Shown here piece after piece: positions 8,978 to 20,600 of a stretch of DNA of 64,000 nt. The stretch lies in NCBI GenBank assembly GCA_000004985.1, contig GG738853.1. One strand, 5' to 3'. The notes under the pieces are model-generated. The model had not been told where the DNA came from. It saw only the letters and a list, made by a program, of their open reading frames with translations, and ran no database searches. The position numbers and the translations under genes were made by a program. This DNA comes from Naegleria gruberi. Its lineage: Eukaryota. Within the stretch, counting starts at the first letter, position 1; each line of letters begins with the position of its first letter.

Positions 8978-11293
8978 TTATTCATCATCTTCCCATTCTT
9001 CATCCTCTTCTTCTCCATCTTCTCCTTCACTTGGTTGCAAAACGCTCAATAATAAATGGTGAAGTAAACTGAGAGCTTGATATTCAACTCTTTCTGCAAA
9101 TTCTCCACTCACCAGAGCAACAGATTGGTCAATCAAATTCTCGGTTGTTTTATCTGAAAGTTTTCTAGAAACTTTGAGTTGCTCAATAATTCTTGGAATT
9201 GTAATTGCTTCAATGAAAGTAAATTCATCAATTTCATCTTGCTTCTTAGACTTCTTCATTACAGTGGCAATGAGTTCTTCCATTTCCTTATAACACAAGT
9301 TTTCTGAATCAATTCCTTCAAGAGGATTCCTTCCATTAATGTTAACATCTTCCAATGCTGGACAATAACATAAAATTGTAGTCAATAATTTAAGAGAAAT
9401 TAAATGATGTCCAATACTGAAATCAAGAGCTTGTAACTTTTTGAAAACATTGGCAATCTTGAAATTTTGGTGTTTCAACTCGCTAAGTTCAGCATCACAA
9501 ATACATGGTGGCTGATCATTATAGAACAAATCATTGAGAAGAATTTCAGAAATCTTTGAGACACATTTAGCTTCAGAAATAACTTCCATTACTTGTCCAG
9601 ATAAATTTTTAGATGACATTGAAAGTACAAGCAAGTTTGGTGTATAGTTGAGTATTTTAGCCAATTCATCATTACTACAGCCAATAAATAAATCAAAAGA
9701 AACTAAATTATCCAAAACTTTCTTACAGTCTGAGGAAACTAATTCCTTTCCTCTAATTTCTGGGCATAAATACATTAAATTGATCAAATTAGGTGTGTTT
9801 TCAGCAAGAATTGTGAATAAACGATTAATCTTTGAATCACTAATCCACAAATTTTCCAAATTTGGACAAAGTTTCACAATATGTTCAAGAGTTTCATGAT
9901 TGATTTTAGCATCTTCCAAATAAAAATAATTAAGATCTTCAGTACCAAAAGCAAGTGATGTAAGATTAGGCAAAGGTTTTGAGAAAATCTTTCTGAGGGT
10001 ATTATCAGAAACTGGTGTTCTCTTGAAAGACAAATTTCTCAATGATTGTGGAATGATAAGATTTTCAATAGCAGAATCAAGATAACCCTTTTCTTCCTCT
10101 GGAGAAATACTACCCAACTTGAGAGTCTTGAGTTTCTTTGATGAAGTAACAGTAGATTTCAAGAGAGATTCCAACCATTTACCAGCTTTAACATCCTTAA
10201 CAGTAAGATTTTCCAGGTTTGGAAGAGCATTTTCACATGAAACAATTGAATTGGTTGCTTTCTTCAATTCAGTACCACCAATAATCAAAGTCTTTAAATT
10301 TTGCAATTTGTTATTCTTTGATAAATCCATAATAGTATTAGTGAGTGCAATAATATCAATTCTTTCATCATTAAATAATTGAATATATTCCAAGTGATCA
10401 GCATTATTAACAATTACTTCCTTAACAGCTTCATTCATTTCCTTTGTTGATTCATTTCTTTCAACAAGTTTAATATCGAAATGTTTCAAATTGGAATAAC
10501 TAATCTTTTGTAAATAATTCAATGCGTCAATACCATTAATAGATCTAATAGTCAATGATTCAACAGTTTCAGAACACAAATTCAAAGTATGTGCAATAAA
10601 TTGAGAAACAAAATTCTTTCTTTCTTCTTCTAATGGACCACCAATACTAACTTGAACTTTTGTGAAATTGAAAGTTCCTTCCTTTGCCTTATTTTCTAAA
10701 TCTTTTAACATGGTATTTGATTTCAAATTTGGAATGAGATCACCAACAATCTTTAAATTAAATTCTCTAATAGTTGGATTATTAGAAATCAAATCAATTA
10801 AATTAGTCAAAATTGTTTCATTTTCATTTTCCTCAACTTGATCCTCAAATTCCCATTCAACTGTCAATGATTTCAAAGATGAAAAACTTGGCAATGGTTG
10901 ATTATTCTTTCTTTGAAAAGCTTCAGATAATAAAGCTTCATTAGATAATGTTAAATTTGTCCATTTAGTACCAAAACATTTCATATAAAGATTGGCATAG
11001 AACATTTTAGGTGGATCTTCAATTTGTGCCCAAATGTTATATTCAGACCAAAACTTTTCACTTTTACTTGTTTGATAAAATCTCTTGGAAATTAATGAAT
11101 AATCATTTAATACTTCGGAAATTGTAAAACATGATAAAATTGAGCTTGTAATATTATCGGAACTTTGTAAACGTTCTCCTTGAATTGAAGATTTTTTCAC
11201 CTTCTTTGGTGGATTAGCTGCCACTGATTTGTTTGATGATGAAGTTGATGAACGTGATGGTGGAGCCATTTTTCTTTTCATTTTCTTCTTCAA
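8978..11293 (-). CDS. F-box-like / LRR protein (771 aa)
   Basis: It has an N-terminal basic region followed by the F-box-like 'SSILSCFTISEVLNDYSLISKRFYQ'. Many LRR-like segments follow ('LKTLKLGSISPEE', 'LPNLTSLAFGTEDL', 'CPNLENLWISDSKI'), and the tail is acidic. It runs as a single long ORF. Confidence 0.5.
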   Translation of the reverse strand: MKKKMKRKMAPPSRSSTSSSNKSVAANPPKKVKKSSIQGERLQSSDNITSSILSCFTISEVLNDYSLISKRFYQTSKSEKFWSEYNIWAQIEDPPKMFYANLYMKCFGTKWTNLTLSNEALLSEAFQRKNNQPLPSFSSLKSLTVEWEFEDQVEENENETILTNLIDLISNNPTIREFNLKIVGDLIPNLKSNTMLKDLENKAKEGTFNFTKVQVSIGGPLEEERKNFVSQFIAHTLNLCSETVESLTIRSINGIDALNYLQKISYSNLKHFDIKLVERNESTKEMNEAVKEVIVNNADHLEYIQLFNDERIDIIALTNTIMDLSKNNKLQNLKTLIIGGTELKKATNSIVSCENALPNLENLTVKDVKAGKWLESLLKSTVTSSKKLKTLKLGSISPEEEKGYLDSAIENLIIPQSLRNLSFKRTPVSDNTLRKIFSKPLPNLTSLAFGTEDLNYFYLEDAKINHETLEHIVKLCPNLENLWISDSKINRLFTILAENTPNLINLMYLCPEIRGKELVSSDCKKVLDNLVSFDLFIGCSNDELAKILNYTPNLLVLSMSSKNLSGQVMEVISEAKCVSKISEILLNDLFYNDQPPCICDAELSELKHQNFKIANVFKKLQALDFSIGHHLISLKLLTTILCYCPALEDVNINGRNPLEGIDSENLCYKEMEELIATVMKKSKKQDEIDEFTFIEAITIPRIIEQLKVSRKLSDKTTENLIDQSVALVSGEFAERVEYQALSLLHHLLLSVLQPSEGEDGEEEDEEWEDDE

Positions 11294-11811
11294 CTTTTTT
11301 GAAGTTTTTCAACTCTTAAAATTTAATATTCAACCAACAAACAGTTGAGTTGTTATTATTTGCTGGACAATAAGAGAATGTTTTCATTAGTATTTAATTA
11401 GGAATGAAGCAATAATAGGAACATGTTCCAATTAGATCAATTCCTCCTCATCATTATGTTTAGACTTTATTACATAAATAAATTGAAGAAACCATAACAG
11501 TGTTGATGATTGAAGTGTTAAAAAATTCACAACAGCTATCATTGTGGATGGGAGATTACCATTCATAGCTCGGCAAGGGATGCTACTATCATTGAACGAT
11601 AGATCTGGCTATTCTCATACTTGCTTATAGTTTGGAATTTGTACTTCATTCTTGCAATCATTGAAGTGGATGATTGTGTGGAGGAATCTCTGACATTTAC
11701 TTTTAGAAATTAATTTAGATTTATAAAGATTGAGAATTTTGAATTTTCTTTTATTTTATTGAGATACTGTTTTAAACATTCCATAATTGTTAATAATTTA
11801 ATATTGAAATT

Positions 11812-12570
11812 TTATAATTTTTGATAATAATATGAATTGGTTTGCTGTTGTTGAGGTTGAACAGTACCATATTGAGAATATCCATTATTAGCTTGTTGAT
11901 ACAAATCTGCACCATAGTAGGATCCATTATTTCCATTCATAGTAATAATTAATTGTACGTATCTATTAGCAACAGTATGTCTAACAGGTCTAGTTCTATA
12001 ACCACCATGTCCTCGATTATTATGTACTCTTCTATAATTAGTAACTACGGTATAATCAGTATCAAAATTTAACATAATATTTAAACCCAATTGATTATAT
12101 TTTAAATTTTCATCTTCAATTAATCTTTTTAAGGTAGGTACAGTTATATCTGTGTAATGGTTAGCATTACTTTGACCATATTTAAATTGTAAAATGATTA
12201 ATATAGGCATCATTATAAATAAAATTAAACCCAAAGTTGGTAAAAATAATAAAAATGTTACTAGCCATAAAATTCTAAGAGTCTTGGCATCTTTGTTAAT
12301 TTCCTTGTAATAATTATTTAATGTATCATTCAATTCTATTATTAAATTATTTAATTCTTGAATGTTAATACCATTCGATTGTAATTGATGTGAATTAGAT
12401 CGGTCAATGCCGAATACTTCATATTTTTTAGGATTATATGTTGATGAAAATATAATGTTATTTAAATTATATTGTTGTGACATGTCTTGAAGAATATTGC
12501 TAGTAGTATTGAAATGATTTTGCAATTTTTTTTTGTATTCAAATGAAAATCTATTGCTGTTGACCTTCAA
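11812..12570 (-). CDS. hypothetical membrane protein with a Q/N/Y-rich C-terminal tail
   Basis: It has a hydrophobic stretch 'LRILWLVTFLLFLPTLGLILFIMMPILIIL' and a C-terminal low-complexity tail 'YGADLYQQANNGYSQYGTVQPQQQQTNSYYYQ'. Confidence 0.35.
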   Translation of the reverse strand: MKVNSNRFSFEYKKKLQNHFNTTSNILQDMSQQYNLNNIIFSSTYNPKKYEVFGIDRSNSHQLQSNGINIQELNNLIIELNDTLNNYYKEINKDAKTLRILWLVTFLLFLPTLGLILFIMMPILIILQFKYGQSNANHYTDITVPTLKRLIEDENLKYNQLGLNIMLNFDTDYTVVTNYRRVHNNRGHGGYRTRPVRHTVANRYVQLIITMNGNNGSYYGADLYQQANNGYSQYGTVQPQQQQTNSYYYQKL

Positions 12571-12667
12571 AATAAAATTTGTATTGGATTCTAAATAGTT
12601 TCCACTACGGTAAATTAAATGGTAACATTTAAAATATTATCATTTTCAAACTGGAGCTTTCAATAAT

Positions 12668-14333
12668 TTAGAGTTTTACTTTCTTATCTTCAGGCTCATT
12701 TTCAGTGGTTGCATCCTCCACCTTTCTTTTAAGATTTGATTCTGATGGTTGTCTTAATCTGAATGAGATACACATCATTTCTTTCTTTGGTGCAACATTT
12801 CTAACTGGATAAATGTCAATATACTCTCCAATGTGATCTGCTCCAACAACTTGTTCAACTTGTTGCTTGGATAATACATTCAAATCATCACCATCCTTAA
12901 TGGAACCTTTAACAAATGTATAACAATGAATAATTGGTTCAAAATCAATCTTGGTTTGATCAATTCTGAAAACATCAAGAAATTCCACTGCAGAAGCTGG
13001 CAAATTCATAATGACATGATGGAACTGAACCTTTCTATCATTAACCATATATTTGATAAATTCTCTACCATCCATGTTGAAACATTCCATATTTCCCTCT
13101 ACTTTGTTAACAGAGGCATTAATTTTCATGTATTCATAACTCTTAGGGTTTAAATCGTTTGCATATACTTTGCATTCAACCTTCTTAGCAGCTGGAACAG
13201 CAAAAGGACCAACACCAGCCATCATATCACAAACACTTTGTGATTTATCAAAGTATTTCAATAATCTGGTATGTTCAGTTCCAAGTCTTGAATTCCAGTA
13301 AACCTCTCTATAATTAAATTTAAATGTTATTCCATTTTCCTTTAATGTAACATTAAAATCATCCTCTCCACATAAAAGCTCCATTTTAAATTCTCTAAAA
13401 ACAGAGTCAATCATACCCATCTTATTTACAACAGTTTTAATCTTTGGATTCTTATCTAAAATCACTTGACCAATCAAATATCTATATTGTGCAACTTCAT
13501 CTGGAATATTCAAGTGAGCAATATGACCAACTTGTTCAAATGATGATGTAATTTCAAGACCATTTGGAATAATCTTTGATAAAACCTCTGTAGAAGATAA
13601 ATGATCATATGTCAAGTCAATTGTTTTTCCAAAAGGTTCACTAGCTTCATTATCTTTCAAAATTTTCATAACATTTTCTGGAATTGATTCAATTGTTGAA
13701 TATTTTTCATGTAATAATAAATTCTTATAATCGGAACAATCTTCAATATCCTCTACAGCCTTGATTTTCTTTCTATCAATTAAATGTCTATATAGTAATT
13801 AAATAAAACAATTATAAATTCATGATACTAAAAGACTCCACATACCCTTTTAATTTCTTATTCAATGTTGAAATATTTCTTGTTGGTACTTTAATAGCAA
13901 GAATATCAATCTTACTATTGTACAAACTCTTATCCAATTTCAAAATAGTTTCTTCCTCTTGTTGAGACATTTTTTGGTTCTTGTTATTCAATAAAAACTT
14001 CAATTCCTCTTGTGCACCACCATCCAGATTAGATGATGAATTAGCAGTCCCAATGTCAATGTATGGTTCAGTGTGATGTATAGAATTACAGAATTGAACA
14101 AGGTGATGATGATAATTTAATTCTTGTTTGGCTCGAAAGAATTCAAGTGATGACGATGATTTCTTTTTACATAACGGTATCATGCTGTGGTGATTATTGA
14201 AATTATTCCAAGTAAATAAATACTTTGAGAATGTTCTTTCATTGAATGTATTCCGATATTTAAGGAATGCAGAAGAAGAGGAAATGTTTCTCCTAGTAGT
14301 AGTCGTTAAAATCGTCCTCATATTGTTCAACAT
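12668..14333 (-). CDS. TRM5: tRNA (guanine37-N1)-methyltransferase TRM5; 2 exons, join(13846..14333, 12668..13787)
   Basis: Exon 2 contains 'SFEQVGHIAHLNIPDE', 'YWNSRLGTEHTRL', 'DMMAGVGPFAVPAAKK', 'VYANDLNP' and 'MNLPASAVEFL'. These are the class-I methyltransferase motifs of TRM5 and they align closely with human TRMT5. Exon 1 contains 'LKLDKSLYNSKIDILAIKVP' (TRM5 N-domain) and a presequence-like N-terminus. The intron spans 13788-13845 (58 nt, GTATGT...TATAG), and phases check out (488+1120 = 1608 nt). Confidence 0.75.
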
Positions 14334-14494
14334 TTTTGATTGAACATTTTTTGTTTTAAAGAATGAATAAAGCTTTCTTTGATTCCAACAAACAAATCTA
14401 TTGAATAATAATAACTTTTATAGAATGGAATACATTGTTGTTGAGTGATAGCAAGCAATAAAGAAGACAAGGAAAAGTAATTAAATTTAAAAAA

Positions 14495-15996
14495 ATGAAA
14501 TTTAGAAAAGCCTTCAAAACCTATGAAGGAATTTATGCATTGGACTTTTCGTTGAGTAAACATGCAGTAACTCTTGCACAGGATCAAAAGAGAGGAATTA
14601 CAAGGAGAGAGGAATTAGAATACAAAACACGATTTAATATGAATCCATGTTGTTTGGGTATTGAAGAAATTGATGTTACAAATGGAGGATCAAAATCTAG
14701 TGATGATGATCAAAAACAACAATCAGGAAAAACAATTGTTGTCACATGTAGTTTAGGTAAAAGTGTTTATGCATGGAATTTAAATCAATCTCTCCGATAT
14801 CAAAAGGAAGAAAAACCTTTTCTTGATTTAAATTCCAAAGGAGGATCAACAACATCCTCTGCTCTTCATTATGTAGAATCTGTATCTTCCACACCAATTT
14901 CTCAAAAGAGAAAAGACACAACAGCAAATTCAGAACTGAATGATAACATTTCATTTGAATTTCTCATTGGATTTAATACTGGTGATATTGTATTATATAA
15001 CTTTAAAACAAAAAAACAAACTTTGTATAATAGAGATGTAAGTGCACATTTGGATAATATTAACATTTTCAAAAGAGAAAAGTTAGTGCAGATGCTGTCT
15101 CAAAATTATTGTGGATTGATTCGGAAACATTTTGTGCTGCAACAAAAGATGGAAATGTATATTTTTACAATAAGAATTATAGAGAGGAGGAGTTATTCCA
15201 GATGAATCCTTTAAATACGAGTGACGACAATTCAGTAATGGCCAATCCAAAATACAAAGTACATTTTGGATCAAATTCTCAAGAATGTTGCAATCCAACA
15301 AAGAGACTTTATTTCAATAATGCAAATATTACTGACATTGCAATTTCTCCAAATGGACAACTTTTATCAATAGTAACTTCAAGTGGATGGTGTGAAGTTT
15401 TAGATACAAAAACATTGAAATCAGTGGCCACATTTGTCTCTCACAAATTGGGATCTACATCTTTTGGAGGTTTTACTTCATGCTGTTGGAGTCCCGATAA
15501 TAGAGTTTTAGTTCTTTCTGGAGAGGATGATTGTTTGAGTATATTTGATATTAAGAAGAAATCAATAATTCTAAAAGGTGTTGGACATACAGGATTTGTT
15601 TCAAAAGTAATATTTGACAATTATCAGTGCGATAGTTACAAGTATAGATTAATATCTGTTGGTGACGATACAAAATTACTTTTATGGGACTTGGAAAAGA
15701 ATAACTTTGAGGAACATGAATCTAATAGTGGTGGAATTGATATTCACTCCAATAATAGTAGTAATAATCGTCTAGATTATTTGGAAAATAATTTGACGGA
15801 TGAACATACAGATGTGCCAACAATAGAACCAATTTCAATTCACAAAGCCCATAACGATCCAGTGAGGGATGTGAAAGCATTTTCTTCTGGTATTGCCACT
15901 GTTTGTAATCAGGGTATTATCAATTTTTGGGCTAGACCAATACTGGAAGATGATTCAGATTATGAGAGTCAAACCTCACAAGAAGTTCAACAATAA
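14495..15996 (+). CDS. WD40 repeat protein of the WDR20/DMWD/CreC family; 2 exons, join(14495..15037, 15076..15996)
   Basis: It contains 'CCWSPDNRVLVLSGEDDCLSIFDIKK' and 'RLISVGDDTKLLLWDL', which resemble the CreC/WDR20 WD blades, plus an N/S-rich insert. A 38-nt intron (GTAAGT...CAAAAG) joins the two track ORFs in frame (543+921 nt). Confidence 0.5.
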
Positions 15997-16115
15997 ACTT
16001 TATTTTTCATAAGAGTTTTCAACCTCAATATTTACCGTTAAATGTTTTCAAAGCAAGAGATGAACATCAAGAGAGAACCGTAGATCCTTTAACCGCCTAA
16101 AATCAATTTAAAAAA

Positions 16116-17198
16116 ATGCCTCCAACAAATACATCTTTCATTGAGCAAGAAGAACCATTGGAGAGAAAGGAGGAAACTGGTGAAGATGACTCTGAAAAGG
16201 AAGAAGATAATATCAACAGCTTTTCTGCCTCAACCAAATTATTGGAGAAGAGAAAGGAAATGATGGAGGTTCAATCCTTATTACAACAGAAAAGAACTGA
16301 ATATCTGGCAAGAATGGATGCAATTAAGAAAAAGGAAAAAGGACTTTTAGGAAAGAAACAAGAACTAACTGAAAATGTTAAGGAACTAGATAAATTTATT
16401 GGTGATAATATTATTAAAAAGAAGAGAGCTGATCAGAAAAAAGATATCGAGCAAGGAGAAAGGATCAAAAGTGAAGGAAAAATAACTGATGCAAAGAATG
16501 ATATTGATAAATTAGAAAAAGAGAAACAATTTAAAGAATCATTATTAATCAATCATTATATCAAGTACCAACAATTCTTGCAAAAAGTAGTTCAGTTCAG
16601 AGGAGATGACATTAATCCAGAAGATGTAGAAAAGGTTATAGATAGATATGAAACCTTATCTGAAAAAAATAGAGAGCTACAAGCCAAGAAAGCCAAATAT
16701 TCCATGAAGTTTACCAGGGAAAAGATTAGAATTAATGAAGAAAAAGAAATGATGAAAGATAAGAAAGTCAAACTAAATCACATGATTTCAAAACTGGGTA
16801 AAAAATTGGAATTAATGAGTGATGAAAGAGGTAAAATAACATCAAAATATGATGTAATGTCAACATCGCAGACAAAGGATAGAAGACAATTAGGACAAAT
16901 TGAAATGGCCATCAACAATGTATATAATAGAGTGACAACAAATGGTGGATCAAGAATACCAAGAAGATGTAAGATTTCAATGTCTAATAATGATTTTTCT
17001 GGTAGCTCTTCAAAAATTTCTACTGGTTCAACTCATGAAGTTACTGTTGAAAGCTACAAACGATTCAACAATATGGAAATTTTGATGAAGATGTTGAAGG
17101 TTATTGGTGATTGTCTATCTGATTATATGGCATTTGCTGAAATGATTAAAAAGATGCCAGAAAAAGACAAGGAAATCAACAGAAAACAAAAAACCTAA
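16116..17198 (+). CDS. coiled-coil protein, possibly from the CCDC42/CFAP73 (DUF4200) flagellar family
   Basis: The 360-aa protein has a K/E-rich heptad composition throughout, and 'RRQLGQIEMAINNVYNRV' resembles the DUF4200 C-terminal motif. The family assignment is tentative. Confidence 0.35.
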   Translation: MPPTNTSFIEQEEPLERKEETGEDDSEKEEDNINSFSASTKLLEKRKEMMEVQSLLQQKRTEYLARMDAIKKKEKGLLGKKQELTENVKELDKFIGDNIIKKKRADQKKDIEQGERIKSEGKITDAKNDIDKLEKEKQFKESLLINHYIKYQQFLQKVVQFRGDDINPEDVEKVIDRYETLSEKNRELQAKKAKYSMKFTREKIRINEEKEMMKDKKVKLNHMISKLGKKLELMSDERGKITSKYDVMSTSQTKDRRQLGQIEMAINNVYNRVTTNGGSRIPRRCKISMSNNDFSGSSSKISTGSTHEVTVESYKRFNNMEILMKMLKVIGDCLSDYMAFAEMIKKMPEKDKEINRKQKT

Positions 17199-17691
17199 TT
17201 GATATTAATTTTAGAATTGTAACAAAGTTCTAAAAGATGTGCTTTTTTGGAGAATTAATAAGGACACTGATGAATGTGCATCATATTCATCATGAAAGAG
17301 CATGTACCATCATCCACGTATTAAATTTGAATTAATCAATTCGAAAATTACAATCAAATTTTGAAGTGTAAATCCCATCAATAAAAATCAATTCCACAAG
17401 CCAACTACAGCGTAGATTTTTCACCCAATCAAGGATAATCATAGTCTTTGGTGACGGAAACGATGATGTAATAATGATGAATGAATTCAATGTTCATTGT
17501 TTTTATGGTTGAAGGAAATAATAGAAACAATAAAAGAAGAAATTAAATATCAATTTTCTTTGTTGTGAGGGTTATTAATTGGTAATCCTACCATTCTTAT
17601 CATCCAATAAGAACAGATACGTCATTGTAATGATTGACGCCCATTTTTAACGGAAGACTTGTTTGCCCTCTCCACATCAACCTAGAAAAAA

Positions 17692-20600
17692 ATGAGTAAC
17701 CAGATCCCAATACAATTTACCGAACTTTTTAACCTTCAAAACTTGGGGGTAAACTCACAATCCATTTCTTTCACCACGGTTACACTCGAATCTGACAAAT
17801 TCGTCTGTGTTAGGGATCAGGTCTCACCCAATAAATCTATTCAAATAGTCGAAGTTGATAGTCAAAATGTTACCTCGAATAAAGTCAATGCTGACTCTGC
17901 CATTATGCACCCAACAGCTAAGGTGCTCGCTCTTAGAGGTATGTATTGTATAAGATTATATACAATATTAATCATGGTTAATAATAATAATAATATTATT
18001 TATAATTTTTTAATACAACAACAACAACAATATAGCTGGTAACACTATACAAATCTTCAACTTGGAAATGAAGGCAAAGATGAAGGAACACACAATGACT
18101 GAACAAGTCGTTTTTTGGAGATGGATCAACACTAACACTATTGCTATCATTACCGCTACCGCTGTTTATCACTGGTCTATGGATGGTCAAAGTGCACCAA
18201 AGAAGATGTTTGATCGTCATGCCAATCTTGCCAATTCCACAATCATCAATTATAGAACAGATTCTAATCTCCAATGGTTGCTTTTGATTGGTTTGACCAG
18301 AGCTGTAAGTATTAATAATAGAATGTGTGAAATGTTCTAACAAATTTAACAGGAAGACAACTCTACAAAGGGTGTTATGCAATTATATTCAGTAGAAAAG
18401 AAAGTTACCCAACCAATTGAAGGTCACGCTGCTTGCTTCGTTGATTACAAGCTTTCCAACAATTTTGTTACCACTGTTGTTTGTATTGCTTCAAGCACTC
18501 CACAAGGTGGTAAGCTTTTCGTTATGGAAGTCCCATCAAACAAGCCACAAGATGCTCCTGCTTTTGAAAGAAAGGCTGTTCCAATCCAATTCCCTGCTCA
18601 AGGTGATTTCCCTGTTGCTATGCAAGCTAGTGATAGACATGGTGTTTTCTTTATGATCACCAAATCAGGATTTTTGTATATGTATGATGTTGAATCAGCT
18701 ACACTGATCTTCAAGAATCGTATTAGTGATGATGCTTTGTTTATTACAGCACAAAGAGCTGGTGGTTTTATTGGTGTTAATAAGAGAGGTCAAGTTTTGT
18801 CTGTCACTGTTGATGATAATACCATTATTCCATATATTGCTAATCAATTGGGTGACCAAGGATTATCTTTGAAGATTTCTTCAAGAGCCAACATTGGTGG
18901 TAACATGGTTGGTGATTTGTATTTGCAACAATTCAATGCTCAATTGAACCAAATGAACGTTCAAGCTGCTATTGCTCTTGCTGCTGATTCTCCACAAGGT
19001 ATTTTGAGAACTCCAGATACTATTGCTAGACTCCAACGTTTGCCAGTTATGCAAGGTCAAAAGCCAGCTATTTCCCAATACTTCCAATACATTATTGAAA
19101 AGGGAAAGCTTAACACTTATGAATCACTTGAATTGGCTAAGATTGTTTTGCAAAAGCAAGGTGGTGTTGATTATTTGAAGAAGTTGTTGACTGATGACAA
19201 GATTGAAGGAAGCCAAGATTTGGGTGACTTTATTTCTGGTTATAGTCAAGAATTGGCTATGCAAATCTACTTGAAGGGTAAGGCTCACGACAAGATTATT
19301 GATTCTTTGTTGAGAATGGGTGATTACGAAAGAGTTTTGGCTTACTGTCAAAAGGTTGAATATACCCCTGACTATTATGATATCTTCAGAAAGTTATGCA
19401 TGGTTAACCCAGATAGTGCTGTCAAGTTTGCTTCAAAGATTCATGAAAATCCAGAAACAAGAATTGATCCTAATACTGTTATTGATCTTTTGGTTCAAGG
19501 TAATCTCATCAAGCAAGTTACTGCTTACCTTTTGGACATTCTTAAGAATGATAGACCAGAAGAAGGTGCTCTCCAAACTAGATTGTTGGAAATTAACTTG
19601 ACTTACAGTCCAATTCAAGTTGTTGATTCAATTCTCGGACAAAAGCTTGTTAATCATTATGATCGTATTAAGATTGCCAGATTGTGTGAAAAGGCTCAAC
19701 TCTTCCAAAGAGCTCTTGAAAATTACACTGACCCAGCTGATAGAAAGAGAGTTATCGTCAATACTCATGCTATTAATGTTGAATGGTTGATTAAGTGGTT
19801 CGAAGATGTTTCCAAGCAAGAAGTTTTCATGTATTTGAGAGAATTGATTAAGAATAAGAATAATCTCCAAGTCGTTGTTAAGGTTGCTACTGCCAACAGC
19901 AGTGTTTTGGAACCAGAAAATCTTATTCCAATCTTTGAAGAAGTTAAGAGTAACGAAGGTCTCTATTATTATTTGGGTTCTATTGTTAACTTCAGCCAAG
20001 ATCCTCAAGTTCACAACAAGTACATCATGGCTGCTACTAGAGTTAACCAACTTTCTGAAGTTGAAAGAGTTACTCGTGAAAGTGACTACTATGAAGCTGA
20101 TGTCATCAAAGAATTCTTGAAGGAAGCTAGATTGACTAACCAAATGCCACTCATTAACGTTTGTGACAAGCATGGTTACATTGATGAAATGGTTAGATAT
20201 CTCTACAGCAACAGTCAACTCAAGTTCATTGATATGTATGCCAAGAGTGTTAACCCAATCAGAACTCCAGAAGTTGTTGGTGCCCTCCTCGATGTTGATG
20301 CCAGTGAAGATTTTGTTAGAAATCTCATTATGGGTGTTGGTAATATGTGTCCAACTGAACCTTTGGTTGAAGAAGTTGAAAAGAGAAACAAGCTCAAGTT
20401 GTTGTTGCCATGGTTGGAAGCTCGTGTTAACGAAGGAAGTCAAGAACCAGGATGTCACAATGCTTTGGCTAAGATCTATATTGATCTCAGTCAAAATGCT
20501 GAAAACTTCTTGATTAACAATCAATTCTATGATTCCAGAGTTGTTGGTCAATACTGTGAAAAGAGAGACCCACACTTGGCCTTTGTTGCTTACAAGAGAG

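Noticed and set aside
14327-14587. An 86-aa minus-strand ORF spanning the TRM5 / WD40 divergent promoter
   Set aside because: It overlaps the start codons of both flanking genes and the AT-rich promoter. It has no coding-like composition and is a chance ORF.
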